Below are positions 9,396 to 19,231 of a DNA stretch of 64,000 bases, piece by piece (within the stretch, counting starts at the first letter, position 1; the number at the start of each line of letters is the position of its first letter). This DNA comes from Planctomycetota bacterium (GTDB lineage Bacteria; Planctomycetota; UBA8108; SXIK01). Location of the stretch: positions 8,064,001 through 8,128,000 of the forward strand of contig OZ244999.1 in NCBI GenBank assembly GCA_965223265.1, read 5' to 3'. A program made the position numbers and the translations under genes. A model generated the notes under the pieces. It saw nothing but the letters and a program-made list of their open reading frames with translations, was not told where the DNA came from and searched no databases.

Positions 9396-10553
9396 ATGAA
9401 GCTGCGTTTGACGGGTCGGCCCGCTGGCCGCTGCGCGGCAGCGGTCGCACTCGTCGCCTGCGTTCACCTGCGCGTCGCTGCTGCGCCTGACGCCTCCCCG
9501 CCCCTGCCGCCGGCGGAGACTGGAAATCTCTACGTCTCCAGCTTCTTGACGGGCGAAGTGTTCGTTTATGGTCCTGACGGCGCTTTTCTCGATCGTTTTT
9601 CGCACGCGGATCTTGGCGGCACGCGGGGACTCGCGTTTCGCTCGGCCGACGAGCTCTACGTCGGCTCGCAGTTCACGAACCGCATTCTCGTTTTCCGTCC
9701 TGACGGCACGTACGTGCGTCAGTTCTCCGGCGGCGGCTTGGCCGCACCGACGAGCTTGGCGTTCCGTGGCGATGAGCTCTATGCGTCGTCGAGCCGCACG
9801 AACGAGATCATCGTTTTCGTCGACGACGCGTTCACCCGCAGTTTCACGGCGCCCGGGCTCTTTGAGCCGAACTGTATTGCCGTTGACGCCGATGGTAACC
9901 TTTACGTCGCCAGCGGCGGATCGAACGAAGTCCTCCACTTCAAGAGCGACGGCGAGCTTCTGAACCGCTTCAGAGGCGGCGGTCTGACCAGCCCCATGGG
10001 GATCGCGCTCCACGGCGATCGTGTCTACGTCACTGGTGGCGGCAGTAGCACCGTGGCGCTTTTTTCGCTCGACGGCACGTTTTTGCGCAACATTGACACG
10101 CGGGAGACGATTCCCTCGCCGCAGGGGATCGCGTTCAACCGCCGCGATCAATTCGTCATTTCGTCTTTTTCAAATCATCGGGTCGCCCTCTTCAGCGACG
10201 AAGGCGACATGTTGGGCGTGCGTTTCGAGGAGCGCGGCGTCGACGTGGCGCGAAGCATCGCCTATCACCCGGTAGCGGTCGAGGTGATTGACTTTTGGCG
10301 CGGCGATTTCAACTTCGATGGGGGCCGGGACATCAGCGACGCCATTGCGATCTTGAACTATCTCTTTGTCGGCAACTTCGCTAGCCGTTGTCCCGACGCG
10401 GGGGACACCAACGACGATGGCGCGGTCGACATCTCCGACGCCTCGTACCTGCTCTTGTTCCTGTTTATCGACGGCGCCGCACCGCCATCTCCGGCCGCCG
10501 ACCCCGGTCCTGACCCGACCGCCGACGAACTCTCCTGCTTCGCCGCGCCGTAG
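9396..10553 (+). CDS. Secreted NHL-repeat beta-propeller protein with C-terminal dockerin-like module
   Basis: ATG 9396 after GGAGAGG, then a signal peptide. Repeated P.GIA.D.DG.LYV.S...N.I..F units, followed by FWRGDFNFDGGRDISDAI...DTNDDGAVDISDA...DPTADELSC. Confidence 0.85.
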   Translation: MKLRLTGRPAGRCAAAVALVACVHLRVAAAPDASPPLPPAETGNLYVSSFLTGEVFVYGPDGAFLDRFSHADLGGTRGLAFRSADELYVGSQFTNRILVFRPDGTYVRQFSGGGLAAPTSLAFRGDELYASSSRTNEIIVFVDDAFTRSFTAPGLFEPNCIAVDADGNLYVASGGSNEVLHFKSDGELLNRFRGGGLTSPMGIALHGDRVYVTGGGSSTVALFSLDGTFLRNIDTRETIPSPQGIAFNRRDQFVISSFSNHRVALFSDEGDMLGVRFEERGVDVARSIAYHPVAVEVIDFWRGDFNFDGGRDISDAIAILNYLFVGNFASRCPDAGDTNDDGAVDISDASYLLLFLFIDGAAPPSPAADPGPDPTADELSCFAAP

Positions 10554-10581
10554 GCGCGAACAGAAACGGTCGTGACCGTTT

Positions 10582-10903
10582 CTGTCTCCGTCCACCGTCT
10601 CCGTCCACCGTCTCCGTCCACCGTCTCCGTCCACCGTCTCCGTCCACCGTCTCCGTCCACCGTCTCCGTCCACCGTCTCCGTCCACCGTCTCCGTCCACC
10701 GTCTCCGTCCACCGTCTCCGTCCACCGTCTCCGTCCACCGTCTCCGTCCACCGTCTCCGTCCACCGTCTCCGTCCACCGTCTCCGTCCACCGTCTCCGTC
10801 CACCGTCTCCGTCCACCGTCTCCGTCCACCGTCTCCACCGTCTCCGTCCACCGTCTCCGTCCACCGTCTCCGTCCACCGTCTCCGTCCACCGTCTCCGTC
10901 CCA
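10582..10903. repeat. Intergenic tandem repeat of the 13-bp unit CCGTCTCCGTCCA, about 24 units
   Basis: 18 perfect units (10595-10828), one 9-bp variant CCGTCTCCA (10829-10837), 4 perfect units (10838-10889), degenerate units at both ends, no spacers. Confidence 0.97.
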
Positions 10904-11221
10904 ACCAGCTCCGACCGCTGTTGGAACACCGTTTGCTCCTCTCTCCGCCCCAGGCGCTCTGCAGTCGACATCACAGGTTCTTGTGAGGGCTCCTCGTTGA
11001 CGTTGCCCCGGGCGCGACCGCCGATTCGCCGCTGTCGATCTCTGCAAGTGACTGTGAAAACCCGTGATGCGTCCATCGTCGAGCTGCAGAATAGGAGAGT
11101 CTGCTGCCCGCGTCCGAAATCCTGACAATCGACATCGAGCCTCAGCCTTTCTCGCCCGGGGCCTCGGGCGTCCTGCGCGTTCTCTGTGCCGGCCGAGCTT
11201 TGACAAAACCCCCCGACTTCC

Positions 11222-13696
11222 GTGAACCGCGAATTCGACCCCAAAACAGATCCTCTCGACACGACTCGCGCCGAGGCGACGCGCCTTGAAGTGGATGGGC
11301 TGCCGAAGCTCGTCTTTCGCTCCGGTCGGCTGCGGGGCAAGGTGGTCGCGATTGATCCCGGCAAGAAAGAGGTGACGATCGGCCGCAGCCCACGCAACGA
11401 CATCGCCATTGACGACGACACCATCTCCAGTGTTCACACCAAGGTCGCGCAGGCTGACGACGGACGCTACTACGTCGAGGATCTTGGCTCGAAGAACGGC
11501 ACGTTCGTGCGCGGCGAGCGCGTCGAACGTTTGGCTTTGAACGATGGCGACGTCTTCTGTGTTTGCAAACACGGGCCAGAGATTCAGCTCACCCTCGGCC
11601 GACCGAAATTGCCATCCGTGCTCGAGTGCACTGCGTCGACGTTTGTGCGCACGAAGTCGCTCGAGTCAGCGCTGCGGGAGATTGTTCCCCGGCGCCTGTC
11701 CAAACCGCCACTCGAGCTCACGGGCGTGCGCCAGCTCGTAGAGTATGGTCTTGAGGCGGGAACCCGCCGCGAACGGCGCCTTCTCCTCGGGCTCGTCGGT
11801 GCCGTCGCGCTGGTCGCTATTGTGGTGCTTGGGTGGGGGCTCCACTTGGCGCTCGATCGCCACCACGACGACCACGCGTATCACGAGCATCACCAGGCGC
11901 ATCACGACGCGCATGCGCCGCATGACGTGCACCACGAGGGCGGCGATGTCGGCGCAGCACATTCGAGTGGCCACCTGTCCGGCGCGGTTCAATCAACAGG
12001 TTCTGCCGTGCAACTCCCCTCGCCGTCTCAGCCGGCGCCGACTGTTGGGGTCGAGGTCGCCCTGGAGCCCGTCTTCGGCAGTCTTTTCTTCACGTATCGA
12101 AATTCCGACGCCCGCATCGGCAAGATCCGCGTCACGCGTCGCAGCGACGTGCCGCTCCGCGCCGGGCGCGTCCGATTGGAGTTTGCTGGCGACGCGGCGT
12201 CGCTTCTTTCGGAGCCCTTTATCAAAGACCTCCCGCCGCTCGAGAGTGGCGCGCCGTTTGACATCGAGGTGATGCCGAAGTTCTCCGCAGCGATCCTTGC
12301 CGACGTCAATCAAGAGGTGACCGCTGTCGTCTCCGTCGAGGATGAGGGGCGCGAGATTGCGCGCACCGAGCGCGCCCTTCTCGTTTACCGTCGCGACGTG
12401 TTCAACTGGCGCGACCCCCGTCGCATTGCGGTCTTCGTCGACCCTGACGACCCAGCGGTCCGTCGCCTCATGCGCCGCGTCTGGCAGCTCCGCCCCTTGG
12501 CGCAGCGACAAGAGTTTCCGCCTCCCAACCTGGTCACCGCGTTGACTTTGCTCAGTGCCCTGCCGGATCTGGGCTTGACCTACCTGCGCGACGCTGAGAA
12601 CCCGATCGGCATTGCCATGGATACCGCTGCCAACGACCGCGTCAACGTGCCGCTGGCAACGCTTCTCGCAGGCTACGGCGACTGCGACGATCTTTCGGTC
12701 CTGGGTTGTTCGCTTCTCGAGGCCGCACGCATTCCAACCGCCTTCGCCGTCGGCCGCGGTCACGTCCTCTTTCTCTTCGACAGTGGCGTGCAGGCAGCAG
12801 ATCTTGCGAACACCGCGTTCGATGCGGACACGGTCGTCACGCATGGCGGGCGCGTCTGGGTGCCGATCGAAGCCACCGATCTGGCGCGACCCGGCGCGCA
12901 GTTCGCCACGGCGTGGGCCGCCGCCTCACGTTGGCTGCAGCCGATCGCTGCCGGAGAGATGGAGATCATTGAGGTGCGCGAGGCGTGGAAGCGCTACGTG
13001 CCGATGAACCGCTCGGCCACGGAAGAAGAGCTCCTTGAGCTGCGGGGCGTGCTGGCGAGGACGGACTCCGGAGCGCTGGCGACAAAGATCGATCGGTCGC
13101 TCGCACGGCTGAAGGATCTCTTTGCGAGCAACCTCGCCGTTCGCGTCGAGGAGATCAAGCGCGACGAGTCGAATCCATACGTGCGGGATCACGCCGTTGC
13201 CGTTCTTTACGCGGAGAGTGGACTCTTCGAGGAGGCTCAGCGGACGCTCTCTCGCGCGCTCTTCGAGACGGAGGAGCCGCCTTCGTCGAGTCGCGCCCGC
13301 GACCTTCTCAGCGCCCGGGCAGAGAAGATCGATCCGCCGGACGCCGTACCCGTGCTGCTCGGCAACTTGGCGATGAGCTTGACCCTGCTGGCGCACCGCG
13401 AAGACGGGCTGGATCGGGCCGCGAACTACTCGCAGCTCGCTCTCGAGCACTTGCCTCCCGAGGCGATCGCGGAGCGCGGCGAAATGATGCTGCGTCTGGC
13501 CCTCACGTACCGGCTCCGCGGTGATCTTTCACAGGAGCGGTCGTGGCTGAGCCGGGCGCACGACTTGGATGCGTCGCTCGAAGAGGTTTATGTCGAACTG
13601 ACGCAGCCGGATGGCACGGTGAGCGGACCAGAGGAAAGAGTTCGCGAGTTCCTGCGGGGCGCGGTGTGGAAAGACGTCCGCCTGCCGTCGAAGTGA
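11222..13696 (+). CDS. FHA domain - TM - His-rich linker - Ig-like - transglutaminase-like - TPR-like protein
   Basis: FHA motifs TIGRSPRNDI, ISSVH, EDLGSKNGTFV. TM LLLGLVGAVALVAIVVLGWGL. Transglutaminase-like triad GDCDD / GHVLFLFD / WVPIEAT. Helical TPR-like C-terminus. Confidence 0.8.
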   Translation: MNREFDPKTDPLDTTRAEATRLEVDGLPKLVFRSGRLRGKVVAIDPGKKEVTIGRSPRNDIAIDDDTISSVHTKVAQADDGRYYVEDLGSKNGTFVRGERVERLALNDGDVFCVCKHGPEIQLTLGRPKLPSVLECTASTFVRTKSLESALREIVPRRLSKPPLELTGVRQLVEYGLEAGTRRERRLLLGLVGAVALVAIVVLGWGLHLALDRHHDDHAYHEHHQAHHDAHAPHDVHHEGGDVGAAHSSGHLSGAVQSTGSAVQLPSPSQPAPTVGVEVALEPVFGSLFFTYRNSDARIGKIRVTRRSDVPLRAGRVRLEFAGDAASLLSEPFIKDLPPLESGAPFDIEVMPKFSAAILADVNQEVTAVVSVEDEGREIARTERALLVYRRDVFNWRDPRRIAVFVDPDDPAVRRLMRRVWQLRPLAQRQEFPPPNLVTALTLLSALPDLGLTYLRDAENPIGIAMDTAANDRVNVPLATLLAGYGDCDDLSVLGCSLLEAARIPTAFAVGRGHVLFLFDSGVQAADLANTAFDADTVVTHGGRVWVPIEATDLARPGAQFATAWAAASRWLQPIAAGEMEIIEVREAWKRYVPMNRSATEEELLELRGVLARTDSGALATKIDRSLARLKDLFASNLAVRVEEIKRDESNPYVRDHAVAVLYAESGLFEEAQRTLSRALFETEEPPSSSRARDLLSARAEKIDPPDAVPVLLGNLAMSLTLLAHREDGLDRAANYSQLALEHLPPEAIAERGEMMLRLALTYRLRGDLSQERSWLSRAHDLDASLEEVYVELTQPDGTVSGPEERVREFLRGAVWKDVRLPSK

Positions 13697-13712
13697 CGTG
13701 TCGGACGTGCGG

Positions 13713-14414
13713 TCAGCGCGTCTCGACTGTAGACGGCGGTGGTGAAGCCAGTTGCGTTTCAGTCCGCGGACGACGCAGAAGTCCTAGGGTCGTGCGTACG
13801 AGCCGCGGTACCCACGTGGCCTCCAGCGCATCGCTCAGCGTCCGTACGGCGACCTGAAGTCGTTGCCGCTCGATCGCTTTGCGAGCGGCCGTCTCGGCGG
13901 CGAGGGACGTGCGGAGGTGGCGCGTCTCCTCGAGGGCGCCGCTGAGCTCTTCTAGCGTGCGGTCCGCCAGCGCCGACAGCCTCTGGCTCTCTCGCGCCTT
14001 GTCAGCCAAACGCGTTTCGGCAGCTTCGCGCTCTAGCGTCATTGCGTCCAAGGCGAGCTCGAGATTCGCGATGTTGTCGCGCTGCGTCGCGAGTTCTTTC
14101 TCCCACGCGCTTTCACGTCGGGCGTAGAGAACCGCGACCGCGGCGATCGTCACGGCGACCGCAGTGGCCACGGCTAGCTTTTTTCCCCAGCGTCTTGGTA
14201 GCCAGTGCGGGCCGCGCTCCGCCAGCAGCAGCTGACGTTCGAGCATCATCCCTGCTTCGCCATCGAGCGCGGCGGAGCGACTACGCTGGACTTCGCTCAT
14301 CGGTGAGAGGTCGTCATATTCCGGTACGGTCTCGACGGCGGGTCCAAAGAGTCGTTCGTAGTTCGACGCGCTTTCGTGAGGGTCGAAACGTTCGCTCGAA
14401 GGCTTCGCTTTCAT
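13713..14414 (-). CDS. Hypothetical single-TM coiled-coil protein (start uncertain; ORF open to 14483)
   Basis: TM AVATAVAVTIAAVAVLYA followed by an E/R/L/A-rich heptad region. Confidence 0.6.
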   Translation of the reverse strand: MKAKPSSERFDPHESASNYERLFGPAVETVPEYDDLSPMSEVQRSRSAALDGEAGMMLERQLLLAERGPHWLPRRWGKKLAVATAVAVTIAAVAVLYARRESAWEKELATQRDNIANLELALDAMTLEREAAETRLADKARESQRLSALADRTLEELSGALEETRHLRTSLAAETAARKAIERQRLQVAVRTLSDALEATWVPRLVRTTLGLLRRPRTETQLASPPPSTVETR

Positions 14415-14724
14415 GGAACTTGTCCTCTGGTCTTGCCGTGGCACACAGCCAGGAGTCGGGCACCCTGATGATTTATCGGTCACTCAGACGACGACCTTGA
14501 GCGCATTTTCGGAAATTCGCTGATCGGGTCCACTGCCATCACAGGGCCCGAGTTCTGAGCCGTAACGAGTTCATACGCTTCGCTTCCACCGCGTCAGACA
14601 TCTGCGCCGCCCGCGTCACCTCTGGCCGTAGCTTTTTAGGTCGTTCGCCGTCAAGCGTCGGTTCGACGCCCCCTATCGCACATCGTATTTTTCTTCGATG
14701 GGTGCGTCCTAACGCGCGACTCAC

Positions 14725-14757
14725 GAGTCATTCGGCCGAGATCGGCTCGAAGCACTC
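14725..14757. repeat. Internally deleted remnant of the 160-bp hairpin element family
   Basis: AGTCATTCGGCCGAGA (as at 50291-50306) is fused directly to TCGGCTCGAAGCACT (as at ~50407-50421). Confidence 0.7.
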
Positions 14758-14802
14758 ATTCACCTATGCGATAGCCCTCGAACTGCCCGGAGGATTTCTT
14801 CT

Positions 14803-17800
14803 GTGAGCGAACGAACCCGAACTCGGAGCAGGTGGGTGGTTCTGCCGCTCGCCATTGTTGCGATCGGCGCGACCTTTGTCGCCCGCGTCGCCGTTGGAGA
14901 CGAGCGCGAGCCGCTGGCTGGCGAGGGGGTCGCACCCGCGGACGGCAGCAGCAGCGCCGACGAGCCCGCGACGAGTGCAACGTCTCCCGACGCCGTTGAC
15001 GCCGTGCTGAAGGAGGTCGGCAAAGAGCTGGACACGAGCTTTCTGCAGGTCCGCGGGCTGCTGGAGTCCGAACACGACGCGCTCATGGAGCAGACGGCCG
15101 AGGCGAGCACCCCGGCTTTCCTTGGCGCCGTCGAGGCCCTTGCCGGAGCTGGAGCGGATGATCGCACCGCAGCTTCGCGCCTAAGTGCCGAGCTCGACGC
15201 GGCGAGGGACGCCGTCGGCATCGAGCGTCTCTTTTTCGTGACGCAATCGGACCAGATCTTCTCGGCGCCCGAATTGCCCGCCGACGAGCTGACGAAGTCG
15301 TCGCTGGTGAGCGCGCTTACGTCCTCCGCCGCCGCCGCTTTCGGCACGCCGCACCGCAACCAGACGGCCGCGGTTCTCGCACTGCCCTACCCCGACGAGT
15401 TCACCAGCCCACAGGCTTCTCCCCGGCTCTTTCTGGTCGCGGCAAAGGCTGTTTTCGCCCGGCCCGACGCTCCGTACGGCGTACTGCTGGGAGTCACGTC
15501 ATTTTCGGCGCTGCGTGCGAAAGCCGACAGCATCTTCGTCTCCAGCGCCGCGAGTCTGGACTGGAACGTCGTCTGCCTGACTGGCGTTGAGGCCCCATAC
15601 TTTGCGCTCGGGCCGCACTCCGGTGAGCTCGTCCCCAAGCCGATTCTCGCAGCGATCGAGAGCGAGGCCTTGAGCGCCGTCGTCGGTACTCAGGACGGTC
15701 AACCGTTCGCCTACCGCTGGGGCGCGGTCAAGGACACCAGTGGCGAGACCGTTGGGGCTTGGGGTGTCGCGGCCAATCAGCGTTTTCTGAAAGCACTCAT
15801 CGAGAGTGGTGTCGACTTGAGATCACACAGTGAGAGCGCCAATGGCGTGAAGCCCCGACGCGCGAAGCCCGGAGCGGCGCTGATCCTCGCCGCCGCGGCG
15901 GGATTTATCGTCGTTCTCTTCGGGCTCGTCTTTTGGCTGCTGCGTCGCCGCCAGTCTGTCCCAGACGGCTTTGAGGAAGACTTCGAGGGCGACGATGACG
16001 ACTATGAGCCTGAGGAGCACGAATCAGTGCCGCCGCCGGCGCCGAAAGCCGCCAACGGTGACCTGATGACTCAGTTCGAGCTCAACTGGAAGACTTTCGC
16101 CAGCTACACCCAGGATCTTCTGCGCCAGTCGCTCAAGGAGATCGAGGAGGCACCGGAGCGCGACCTCAACGCTGTCAAGAGCGGCGTCGAGAGCACAGAG
16201 GCTGCGGTCGCCAAGATTGCCGAGGAGCTCAAGGCAGTACGTTCCGAGATCGGCAACCCCACGAACGGTAAAGACGAGATGATTGCCCAGGCGCTCGTCG
16301 AACTGAAGAATCAGTTTTCGATCGTGCGGGACGAGTCGCGCAATTCGCTCAATGGCGTCGTCCGTAAGATCACGGCCGCGATGAACGAAAAGCTGGGCAA
16401 GGGCGGTGGCGTGCGCGACGTCGTCGTCGAGGCGGTGCGGTCGCAGACAACGGAGAGTCAGCGACTTCTCGAAGTGCTCAACGACACCGTCGTCGGTCTC
16501 ACCGAGATGATGGGCGACCGTCAGGAACAGGAAACGCAGCGTCGTCTCGACGAAACGGTCAGCAACGTTACGGCGCAGTGGAAAGAGCACGTCATCCAGT
16601 ATCAGGAACAGATCCAGGAGCTCACCGAGAAGTGTGAGCAAGCGCAGCAAGAGGTGGAGGACTCGAAAGATCTCGAGCGCGATCTGCGCGCGGAGGTTGA
16701 GGAGTCCTTGAGTCGAGAGGCGCAGATGGAGCGTCGTCTTGAGGAGTGGGACGCCTCGAGCGGAGAGCGCGACACGACGATCGAGCGGCAGCGCCGCGAG
16801 CTCGAGGCGCTCGAGGCGCAGGAGTCCGCCGCGCGGGCAGAAGTCGACACCTTGGAGCACAAGGTCCAAGAGCTTCAATCGTCCCTCACCCGCCTCAGCG
16901 AGCGCGAAGAGAGCGACAAGACGGAGCTCGCGGAGCTGCATCAGTCTGCCGCCGCCGCGTCCGCTCGCGTCGAGGCGCTGACCACAGAATACGAAGAGCT
17001 TGAGGCACGCCACGACGAACTGCAGCAGGCGGCTGACAAGCAGAAGCGATCGCAGCAGCGCCATGTTGCCGAGCTTGAGGAGACGGTTGAAGAGCTGCGC
17101 CGCATCGTCGGTGAGGACCTTGGGGAACCCGAGAGGCTTCGCGAGCAGAGCCGAGCGCAGAAAAAGGAGATCGACGCGCTGAAGAAGGCGTTCGACGCCG
17201 TCAAGCAAGAGAACGACCATCTTCTCGAAGAGAATGCACGGCTCGCCGAGAGCGGCGAGGAACAGGCGCGCATCGGTCAGGAGAAACTTCACGAACAACT
17301 CGAGACGGAGCGCACCTTGGTCGTCGAGCTGCGTAAAGAGATCGCAGAGAAGGACGTCGAGGTGAGTCGCCGGGATGTCGAGATCGAGCAGCTGAAGAAG
17401 GGTCTGGAGGAATCAGCTGCTGCGAGCGGCGCTGCCGACATCGACCGACTGCGAACGTCACTGCTCGAGACCGGCAAAGAGCTGCGCTCCAGCCTTCAGG
17501 AGCGGCTACGACTCAACGCTACGATCACGGAGAAGGAAGCGGACTGGCAGACGCGCCTCAACGACCTGGAACTGCAGTTGGCTGAGAGCGAGAGGCAGCG
17601 ACGCGAGGCGACGAAGAAGCTCGAAGCCAGCCAGCGTGCAGTGGAGGAGCTCGAGGAGCAGCTTGAGTCGACGCAGCAGACTGTCCGGCCCGACGGCGGC
17701 ACATTGGAGCGGCTGCAGAATCTCAAACGCGAGAAAGAGCTTCTCGTGCGGTCGATGGATCAGCTGCGCGGCGAACTCGAGAAGGCACAGCAGGAAGCTG

Positions 17801-18549
17801 AGGAGGTGCGGCGCTTCCACTACACCCTCGTCGACGAGAGTTTGAACACCGCAATCATCGCATGCCACAAGGACCTCACTGTCTTCGGCTGGAATCCGTG
17901 CGCGGAAAGGCTTTGGGATCTCAGCGCTTCGGAAACCCTCGGGCACGACCTCGGCAAGCTAAGGCTACCGGAGGTGCTGGAGATCAAGCGCACGGCCTCA
18001 GCCGTCGTACGCGAAGGAGTGTCGCGCGAGATCGGCAAGCGAATGTTCCGTGACCCGAGCGGCGCGGAGCGTCACGTGAGGATTCAGTTCGAGCCGGTGC
18101 TCGATCGCGACAAGAACCTGCTGGGGCTGGTCATCAGCGCCACGGACATCACTGCTGCTGTCGAGCAGGAGATCGAAGCTCGTCTCCAGGGACTTTTTGC
18201 TGAGAGCCTCTCGGAGTCGCTGCCCTCAGCGCTCATCGTGCTCGACAGCAAGGAGCGAGTGACGAGCTGGAACCGCGCCGCGGAGGTGCTGTTCGGGCTC
18301 GACGCCGAGGACGCTATTGGTGCGGATCTGTTCCAGCTTCCTACACCACTGAAGCGACAGGCGTTCCGTCGCCGCTTTGAGAAGGTGAAGGAGCAGGCGA
18401 AGCCGCGCAAGGTTCGCCTCCGACTCGATCATCGTGGCCGGGAGTCGCAGTGCCTCGTCACGCAGGCGCCCTTCCGCGGTCGAGACGACGACTGCGTTCG
18501 TGGGACGCTCCTGGTCATCGAGGCGGAAGAGACGGTGCGGCGAAAGTAG
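14803..18549 (+). CDS. Membrane protein: periplasmic Cache-like region, very long cytoplasmic coiled coil, two C-terminal PAS domains
   Basis: Two TM segments flank ~330 aa ending in AVKDTSGETVGAWGV. About 550 aa of E/Q/K/R heptads follow. PAS motifs VFGWNPCAERLWD and VTSWNRAAEVLFG. No H-box, GGDEF or MCP signature. Confidence 0.8.
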   Translation: MSERTRTRSRWVVLPLAIVAIGATFVARVAVGDEREPLAGEGVAPADGSSSADEPATSATSPDAVDAVLKEVGKELDTSFLQVRGLLESEHDALMEQTAEASTPAFLGAVEALAGAGADDRTAASRLSAELDAARDAVGIERLFFVTQSDQIFSAPELPADELTKSSLVSALTSSAAAAFGTPHRNQTAAVLALPYPDEFTSPQASPRLFLVAAKAVFARPDAPYGVLLGVTSFSALRAKADSIFVSSAASLDWNVVCLTGVEAPYFALGPHSGELVPKPILAAIESEALSAVVGTQDGQPFAYRWGAVKDTSGETVGAWGVAANQRFLKALIESGVDLRSHSESANGVKPRRAKPGAALILAAAAGFIVVLFGLVFWLLRRRQSVPDGFEEDFEGDDDDYEPEEHESVPPPAPKAANGDLMTQFELNWKTFASYTQDLLRQSLKEIEEAPERDLNAVKSGVESTEAAVAKIAEELKAVRSEIGNPTNGKDEMIAQALVELKNQFSIVRDESRNSLNGVVRKITAAMNEKLGKGGGVRDVVVEAVRSQTTESQRLLEVLNDTVVGLTEMMGDRQEQETQRRLDETVSNVTAQWKEHVIQYQEQIQELTEKCEQAQQEVEDSKDLERDLRAEVEESLSREAQMERRLEEWDASSGERDTTIERQRRELEALEAQESAARAEVDTLEHKVQELQSSLTRLSEREESDKTELAELHQSAAAASARVEALTTEYEELEARHDELQQAADKQKRSQQRHVAELEETVEELRRIVGEDLGEPERLREQSRAQKKEIDALKKAFDAVKQENDHLLEENARLAESGEEQARIGQEKLHEQLETERTLVVELRKEIAEKDVEVSRRDVEIEQLKKGLEESAAASGAADIDRLRTSLLETGKELRSSLQERLRLNATITEKEADWQTRLNDLELQLAESERQRREATKKLEASQRAVEELEEQLESTQQTVRPDGGTLERLQNLKREKELLVRSMDQLRGELEKAQQEAEEVRRFHYTLVDESLNTAIIACHKDLTVFGWNPCAERLWDLSASETLGHDLGKLRLPEVLEIKRTASAVVREGVSREIGKRMFRDPSGAERHVRIQFEPVLDRDKNLLGLVISATDITAAVEQEIEARLQGLFAESLSESLPSALIVLDSKERVTSWNRAAEVLFGLDAEDAIGADLFQLPTPLKRQAFRRRFEKVKEQAKPRKVRLRLDHRGRESQCLVTQAPFRGRDDDCVRGTLLVIEAEETVRRK

Positions 18550-18607
18550 TCGAGACGCGAGACGATATCGTCGTCTGAGCAGCTTCGTACGCTGCCCGAC
18601 GCCTATC

Positions 18608-18856
18608 TCACTGGTCAAGCGCAGCTTCGAGGGCGGATCGGAGAGCGTCAGGATCGATGCGCCCGGCGCCGAGCTCGACGTCGTCAAGCGTCACCACCGG
18701 TATACGGTATCGGTAGAGTGCGAAGGTGGCCGGGTCGCGACGCACGTCGACCGTGGTGAGCTGAAGATCGTGCTCGGCGGCAAGAGAGCGCGCCACTGGT
18801 AGCGCCAAATCGCAGAGACTGCAGCCGGGTTTGGTGTAGAAAAGGAGCTGCTTCAC
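18608..18856 (-). CDS. Glutaredoxin-like protein (DUF836 type)
   Basis: FYTKPGCSLCD...YRYRIPVV; 82 aa. Confidence 0.85.
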   Translation of the reverse strand: MKQLLFYTKPGCSLCDLALPVARSLAAEHDLQLTTVDVRRDPATFALYRYRIPVVTLDDVELGAGRIDPDALRSALEAALDQ

Positions 18857-19231
18857 GGTCGTTCCGTCGTTGAATCAGTGACAGCATTCACCACATCGGC
18901 GGTATCGATACCGAGCGCTCGTGCGAGAGCGAGGGCGTTCGGGACGAGAGAATCTGCTCCGCATCAGAACATCCGCCCGCGGCGCCGACAAGACGACTCC
19001 CGCGCCGCTAGGCGGAGGAACCGAAGCAGCTCGCGTTCACCGCCGGAAACGCTCCGTGCACCGTTCGCGTCAGTCAGAAGTTTGGGCGCGCTCACGTGCT
19101 GGCGCGCGTGGAGCTTCGCCGGAGCGGCGCTTTGTGGTCGCATGACTTTTTCTCAGCTCGCCTGTTACCATAGAGACTGCACCCCCGAAGAGCACGAGCG
19201 CAACGATTGACGGAAGAAGGAGTCTCGAGGG

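Noticed and set aside
10582-10903. Possible CRISPR array
   Set aside because: Units are contiguous 13-mers with no unique spacers, and no cas genes are in the window.
10170-11572. ORFs with RRRWTETVDGDGG or PPSPSTVSVHRLR repeats (10170-10904, 10358-11572, 10465-11424, 10572-11000)
   Set aside because: By-products of a stop-free 13-bp repeat. The minus-strand ones overlap well-supported genes in antisense, and none has a convincing RBS.
10890-12050. Peptide PSPSQPAPT(A)VG encoded both at the end of the tandem repeat (10890-10925) and inside the FHA gene (~12017-12049)
   Set aside because: Short, Pro/Ser low-complexity and partly generated by the repeat itself; flanks show no similarity, so it is treated as chance.
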